Shown in pieces: positions 27,421 to 32,000 of a stretch of DNA of 32,000 bases (positions are counted from its first letter, which is position 1; each line of letters begins with the position of its first letter). Source of the DNA: Desulfobulbus propionicus DSM 2032. Lineage in GTDB: Bacteria > Desulfobacterota > Desulfobulbia > Desulfobulbales > Desulfobulbaceae. The DNA is taken from assembly GCF_000186885.1 (NCBI RefSeq), contig NC_014972.1, forward strand, positions 810,001 to 842,000, read 5' to 3'. The position numbers and the translations under genes were made by a program. Under the pieces are notes generated by a model that had not been told where the DNA came from, ran no database searches, and was given only the letters and a program-made list of their open reading frames with translations.

Positions 27421-27452
27421 TCAATAGTATCAATAGTGGTATCGTTTGTAAA
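27421..27452 (-). promoter_or_regulatory. hicAB promoter candidate with tandem 9-bp operator-like repeats
   Basis: The minus strand has TTTACA (27452-27447), a 17-nt spacer, then TACTAT (27429-27424). The ATG follows 6 nt later. The -10 region consists of the direct repeats TCAATAGTA and TCAATAGTG on the plus strand (27421-27438). Confidence 0.45.
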
Positions 27453-27465
27453 GCCATTGCTATTG

Positions 27466-27771
27466 TCAGGTTGCTTTCATTGGCGTGGTGATCCGGTCCG
27501 GTGGTGTGGGCTTGGTGGGGCTGTCGACGTTGTTCTGTTGGCTGGCGGTGCCCGGTGGGCTCTCCGGTGTTTAGCAATTCTCTTCTTTGATGGCGGTCGT
27601 TGCTCTCGCTGTGCCTGGCCAGATCGTGGCCGTTTGGAGGCAAAGGGAAGAATCCGCCGGCTTGTCGGTGGTCTTCTGTCTAATCCTCGATAGTGGTGTT
27701 GGCGATGCTCTTTGGGCTTGGGGCGGCTGGCCGTGGCGACTTCGAGGCATGGGGCTGTGCTGAGGCGGTTC
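27466..27771. repeat. continuation of the degenerate module array (about 1.5 further modules) up to attR
   Basis: 27485-27555 matches the G+T-rich segment of module 2 (GGTGATCCGGTCCGGTGGTGTGGGCTTGGTGGGGCTGTCGACGTTGTTCTGTTGGCTGGCGGTG). 27577-27653 is a fourth copy of the hairpin core. 27654-27746 is a more diverged copy of the G+T-rich segment. Confidence 0.85.
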
Positions 27772-27854
27772 GCTCCACCATTACACAGTCCGGCGACATC
27801 CGCCGTTGTCCATCAATCCCGCTTCCTGCCTTAGGAAGCGGGTTTTTTGTTGTC
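27772..27854. repeat. 83-bp direct repeat, right copy (attR-like), including a duplicated terminator hairpin at 27818-27849
   Basis: It matches 24941-25023 at 81/83 positions. It is preceded by a 34-nt tRNA-Ala-like relic at 27747-27780. Confidence 0.95.
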
Positions 27855-28037
27855 TTGTGTGCACAGCGCAGACACGCATCCTACGATGCAGGGAGGCAAG
27901 CAACTTTGACGAAACCGCAAACGGGGAGGATGCGACGGGTCTGTGTGGGGGAGATCCCAAGGAGGGGTGTGCGCAGCTGATTTTTTCTGCAAAACCGGTC
28001 TTCCTGAACCGGTCGCGTCTCCTGTTCGGCCATGGTG

Positions 28038-31000
28038 TTATCCGGCCGGGCGCTCGTCGGTTTTGGTTTCATTGTGGTGAGACGTTCGCTTTGCCCCGTG
28101 AATTGGAAGCACGACGGTGAACGTTGCCCCTTTTCCCAGACGACTCTCGACGCGAATTTCGCCTCCGTGCGCGTGCACGATGCCATGACTCACCGATAAC
28201 CCCAGCCCTGTCCCCTTGACCGCCTCCTTGGTGGAGAAGAACGGTTGAAAAATTCGATCCAGGTTTTCGGGCGCAATCCCTCCGCCGCTATCCTTGACCG
28301 CCACCGCCACCTTGTCCCCCTCCCGCCAGGTTCTGATCGCAACGACCCCGTTGCGGCGACCGCAGGCATCGCAGGCATTGGTTAACAGGTTGAGGAAGAC
28401 TTGCTTGATTTGGTCGGGGACAGCCTCGATTGCCGGCAGGTCGTCCGCGTAGTCACGTTCGACCCGGATCTGTTTTTTAGTGAATACATTTGTTTGCAGC
28501 AGAAGGAGAGAGTCGAGGGCCTGATGGATGTTCATTAGCGTTTTTCGTCCCGAAGAAGGACGATTGAATTCCTGTAGGCTGCGGATCAAATGTTTCATGC
28601 GTTCGCTTTCACCGATGGCGGCATCCACCAATTCTCTCTCCTCATCCTCAAGCGTTACCCATTTTTTCAACCCTTTGAGGACCGTCATGATGCCCTGGAG
28701 CGGGTTGTTGAATTCATGGGCAATGGAAGCGGAAAGCATGCCGATGGCGGAGAGCTTTTCCGCATGCAGCACCTGCTTTTGCGATTCCTGCAGTTCATGG
28801 GTGCGCTCTTCGACCTTTCGCTCCAGCTCAGCGTTCAGTACCCTGAGCTGCTCTTCGGCTTGTTTCAATCGAGAGATGTCGCGAGCCGCCGCAAAGACCC
28901 CGGTGACCTTATGCTCCTCGTCCGTCAGCACCGTGGCATTGTAGAGAACCGGAGTCACATGGCCGTCGCGGTGTCGGATTTCCAGGGGGAAGTCCCGCAC
29001 CATGCCCGTTTGAAATGCCTGCCGATAGCTGGCCTGTGCCTTGTCGGGTTCGGTGAAGTAGGCGCTGAAATCCGTGCCGATCATTTCCTCCCGGGAATAG
29101 CCGGTTGCCTGGCTGCTCGCCGCATTCACATCCCTGATCCTGCCTCCGGCGTCGATGGTCACCAGGGGATCGAGGTTGACCTCGATCAGCTTTCGGGCAT
29201 AGGCCTCCGCTTTCTGCAGCCGTTTTTCGCCGAGGAGACGTTCGGTGATGTCATGGACGATGGAAAAATTGAGTTGTTGATCCTGATAGACGATGGGCGT
29301 TGCATGGACTTCAACGGTCCGGATCCCTCCACTGGCCAAACGGTGAGGGACGATCATTTGCTTGATCGTCTGTGCCCGCAACTGCTGCATCAGCTCATCG
29401 ATCTGTTCTTGCGGGAGCATGTTGACCTGGTTGATGTTCATGGACCGCAGTTCTTCCCGGGAGTAGCCGTAGAATTGGGCGGCGGCCTCGTTCGCGTCTA
29501 AAATGGCACCGTTTGCAGGATCGACCAGAACCATGATCGAGCTATGCTGTTCAAACAGTTTGCGGAAATGCTCTTCTCTGGCAGCCAGGGTTTCGACCAG
29601 CCGTTTGTATGCGGTCATGTCTCTGGCGGTTGCATAGGTGAGTTTTTCCTCCTTGTCGACATAACCACGCCACGAGAGCCAACAGATCGTTCCGTTCTTT
29701 CGCAGGTAGCGGTTTTCGAAATCGAGGATCACGCCTTCCCGCATCTGCCGGGCAGCCGCATCCAGTGTCCGCTGCCGGTCTTCGGCGTGGACAAAGTCCA
29801 TGTAGGGTCGTTCGAGCAGTTCGGATTCCGAGTACCCAAGCAGCTCGATGCCGGCCGGGTTGATTTTCTTGAAACAACCCTGCTTCAGGTCGGCAATGCA
29901 CATCAGGTCGGAGGAGGTGGCGAACAGTCTGAAATACTGTTCCCGCTCCTTCTCGATCTCCATGCGCCGGGTAATGTCATGAATGATGGCGAAATTGACC
30001 GTTTTGTCATCGTATGGAATCGGTGTCGCGTTGACTTCCACCGTGCGGAGTGTTCCGTCGGCCAAACGATGCTGAAGGACTAATTGTCGCAGGTGCTCCT
30101 TGTTCACCTTGTATAGAGTGTCGGCGAGCGCATCGGGGGTCATGCAGACGATCTGCAGCAGGCTCATCCCCTGCATGTTTTCCCTGGAGTAGCCGTAGAA
30201 GCGGCTGGCGGCAACATTGACATCCTGGATGCAGCCGGTCGAGCCATCGACCAGGAGCATGATGGCGCTGTGTTTTTCGAACAGGCAACGAAACCGTTCT
30301 TCGCTGGCGACGAGTGCATCGGTCAACAGTTTCTGTTCACTGACATCACGGGTCACGCCACGAAAGCCAAGACACTCGCCATTGCCATTGAAGACAGGGA
30401 CCGCGCTGACATTCACCGTCAGCTGCTGTCCGTGCCGATGATGAACCGCATGTTGAAGCGATCTGAATGGCTGCTGGTTGGCGATAGTGGTCAGTACCTG
30501 CCGCCCGATGCCTTCTCGTTCATGCGCGGGAAGCAGGGCAATGCACTTCTCGCCGATGTATTCTTCGGGAGCGTAACCAGTCATGTCCGCAAATCGCGGG
30601 CTCAAGTACGTGAAACGTCCTTGAGCATCCGTTTCCCAGATGCATTCGCTGGTGGTTTCCACCAACGAGCGAAATTTCTCCTCGCTTTTCCGGAGTTGCT
30701 CCTCCAGCTGTTTGCGTTCGGTAATATCCCGCCCCACTCCCTGAATCTCGACCAGTTGTCCTGCCGCATCAAAGATGCCGCGATTGATGACCTGTACCCA
30801 GCGAACAGTTCCCGCCGCATCATAAACGCGGCTTTCGATGGTGACCACGGGGTTGGCCGGGGAAAGCTCCTGGAGTGCGGCATGGATCATGGGAATGTCT
30901 TCGGCGACCGCCTCGGGATACCAAGCCCTGCCGATCAACTCCTGTTCTGTTTGGCCAAAAAATCGGCAAAACACTTCATTGACAAAGGTATAGGCATGGT

Positions 31001-32000
31001 CATCGGGCTTGAAGCGGGCGATCATCTCCGTCTGATCTTCCACCACGGATCGGTAGCGGTGTTCGCTGGCCTGCAGCGCTTTCACCGCCTGTTCCAGTTC
31101 GATGGTCCCCTCCGCCACTTGTTGCTGCAGGTTGTTGGCGAGCAGTTTTGCGGCTAGCTCCGCTTGCTTGCGAACGGTGATATTGCTGGCGGCGCCAAAC
31201 CACTCAACAATATTTCCCTGTTCGTCGAGCAGGGGAATGGCTCTTGAAGAGGTCCATCCCGGACTTCCATCTGTCTGCAAGACCTGATGTTCCAGGGTAA
31301 AAGTGCTTTTGGTGCGGATCGCCTGATCGATGACGGCAAGGACATGGTCCTGGTCTTGCGGACGGATATACCGTTCAAGCCAATGCCGACTGGGAGAGTC
31401 CGTATCGGCAATGAAATCTTTGCCGTACAGCAACTTCATTTCCCGCCAATCGGGACTCATACAGTACACGACGTCCGAGCTGGCCAAGGTCAATGCCCGA
31501 AAGCGTTGCTCGCTCTTGTGCAGACGCTCTTCCATCTGTTTGCGTTCAGTGAGGTCGGTGATGACGCCTTCCAAACGCAGTGGAGCGCCGTGCCGGTCAT
31601 GACTGAATCGCCCCCGCGCCGAAATCCACCGCAGGGAGCCGTCCGGCCAGAGGATGCGGTACTCGAGATCGAGATCCTTCCGCTTCTCCATGGCCTCGCG
31701 CACTTGCTGGTCGGCGCTCTCGCGGTCCTCGGGGAACAGTGAGTTCAGCCAATTAGCATAATTTGCCGGCATATCGGATGAAATCCCTGCAACTTGGCGA
31801 TACGAACCGGTCCAGACAACTTCCCCCGTGGTGATATTCCAATGAAAGGCGCCCATCCGGGCGGCATCGAGCGCCAGACGCAGCCGTTCTTCGCTCAGAC
31901 GCAGTGCTGCATCGGCGCGTTTACGCGCGGTAAGGTCAAGATGGGTTCCCACGATCCGGACCACCTTGCCATCCGACGCGCGCTTGAGCGGCAAGCCGCG
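28038..32000 (-). CDS. multi-PAS sensor histidine kinase (N-terminus outside window)
   Basis: The ORF is open to the window edge. There are at least 8 complete PAS/PAC units, delimited by recurring ...DITERKQ.EE.L..SEE.FR... junctions. These are followed by HisKA (SASIAHEFNNPL) and HATPase_c (N, D-x-G-x-G and G-x-G-L-G boxes: LLTNACDA, KDSGGGI, GTGLGLS). No receiver domain is present. Confidence 0.92.
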   Translation of the reverse strand, partial: RGLPLKRASDGKVVRIVGTHLDLTARKRADAALRLSEERLRLALDAARMGAFHWNITTGEVVWTGSYRQVAGISSDMPANYANWLNSLFPEDRESADQQVREAMEKRKDLDLEYRILWPDGSLRWISARGRFSHDRHGAPLRLEGVITDLTERKQMEERLHKSEQRFRALTLASSDVVYCMSPDWREMKLLYGKDFIADTDSPSRHWLERYIRPQDQDHVLAVIDQAIRTKSTFTLEHQVLQTDGSPGWTSSRAIPLLDEQGNIVEWFGAASNITVRKQAELAAKLLANNLQQQVAEGTIELEQAVKALQASEHRYRSVVEDQTEMIARFKPDDHAYTFVNEVFCRFFGQTEQELIGRAWYPEAVAEDIPMIHAALQELSPANPVVTIESRVYDAAGTVRWVQVINRGIFDAAGQLVEIQGVGRDITERKQLEEQLRKSEEKFRSLVETTSECIWETDAQGRFTYLSPRFADMTGYAPEEYIGEKCIALLPAHEREGIGRQVLTTIANQQPFRSLQHAVHHRHGQQLTVNVSAVPVFNGNGECLGFRGVTRDVSEQKLLTDALVASEERFRCLFEKHSAIMLLVDGSTGCIQDVNVAASRFYGYSRENMQGMSLLQIVCMTPDALADTLYKVNKEHLRQLVLQHRLADGTLRTVEVNATPIPYDDKTVNFAIIHDITRRMEIEKEREQYFRLFATSSDLMCIADLKQGCFKKINPAGIELLGYSESELLERPYMDFVHAEDRQRTLDAAARQMREGVILDFENRYLRKNGTICWLSWRGYVDKEEKLTYATARDMTAYKRLVETLAAREEHFRKLFEQHSSIMVLVDPANGAILDANEAAAQFYGYSREELRSMNINQVNMLPQEQIDELMQQLRAQTIKQMIVPHRLASGGIRTVEVHATPIVYQDQQLNFSIVHDITERLLGEKRLQKAEAYARKLIEVNLDPLVTIDAGGRIRDVNAASSQATGYSREEMIGTDFSAYFTEPDKAQASYRQAFQTGMVRDFPLEIRHRDGHVTPVLYNATVLTDEEHKVTGVFAAARDISRLKQAEEQLRVLNAELERKVEERTHELQESQKQVLHAEKLSAIGMLSASIAHEFNNPLQGIMTVLKGLKKWVTLEDEERELVDAAIGESERMKHLIRSLQEFNRPSSGRKTLMNIHQALDSLLLLQTNVFTKKQIRVERDYADDLPAIEAVPDQIKQVFLNLLTNACDACGRRNGVVAIRTWREGDKVAVAVKDSGGGIAPENLDRIFQPFFSTKEAVKGTGLGLSVSHGIVHAHGGEIRVESRLGKGATFTVVLPIHGAKRTSHHNETKTDERPAG

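Noticed and set aside
26440-27693. ORFs inside the repeats (26440-26835, 26507-26740, 27163-27693, 27410-27643) sharing peptide fragments such as CAWPDRDRLP and GHDLARH.
   Set aside because: The shared peptides merely reflect the conserved nucleotide core read in one frame. Copies differ by non-triplet indels (for example 94 bp). No start or Shine-Dalgarno is conserved, and the composition is non-protein-like.
26216-27771. The repeat array as a CRISPR array.
   Set aside because: The units are 170-270 bp, degenerate and contiguous, without short identical repeats alternating with unique spacers. No cas genes are in the window.
26216-27771. The repeat modules as integron attC sites, with hicAB as a gene cassette.
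   Set aside because: No intI gene or attI is present. The hairpin ends lack the RYYYAAC / GTTRRRY core sites, and only an imperfect CCTTAAC occurs at 26829-26835. The idea is kept only as a loose analogy in the findings.
26216-27771. The repeats as a type III (ToxI-like) RNA antitoxin array next to a toxin.
   Set aside because: Type III antitoxin repeats are short (~30-40 nt), near-identical, and directly precede their toxin gene. Here the adjacent genes form a complete type II hicAB pair, and the repeats are long and degenerate.
27881-28186. A 101-aa ORF overlapping the kinase 3' end, and the small ORFs at 27693-28120.
   Set aside because: They overlap the well-supported HATPase_c coding region or the attR repeat, have no ribosome-binding site, and have junk-like composition.

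Overview
The window is a moderately GC-rich bacterial chromosome segment. Gene content (acyl-CoA dehydrogenase with EtfAB and a membrane HdrD-like FeS oxidoreductase, a sigma-54-like promoter, a giant multi-PAS kinase) suggests a deltaproteobacterial/Desulfobacterota-type anaerobe, but that taxon guess is inference only. Most of the window is housekeeping. It contains a thioesterase 3' fragment, then acd, an FeS oxidoreductase, etfB and etfA (2-5483, +). Next come a Tim44-like protein (-), hflK-hflC (+), a Cys-rich orphan (-), and citrate synthase (+). These are followed by a DUF4139 protein (-), a PilZ protein preceded by a 40-codon ORF (-), polA (-), an HPF/RaiA-cold-shock-domain fusion (-), and hemH (+). 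The mreB-mreC-mreD-mrdA-rodA operon (-) and tRNA-Ala(GGC) (+) complete this part. The only accessory region lies directly 3' of the tRNA at 24941-27854. It is a ~2.9 kb decayed integrative island bounded by 83-bp direct repeats made of the tRNA 3' end plus its terminator. The island holds a frameshifted P4-type integrase N-terminus fused to a DUF3631 remnant and a CCGTAAC iteron-like cluster. It also holds an intact hicAB toxin-antitoxin pair embedded in an array of degenerate 170-270 bp non-coding modules. Each module carries a conserved imperfect hairpin, and some carry tRNA-like remnants. This array is the most unusual structure in the window and I cannot assign it to a known element class. 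The window ends inside a sensor histidine kinase of more than 1300 aa with at least 8 PAS domains (-). I saw no CRISPR array, rRNA, intact transposase or recognisable multi-gene defence system.
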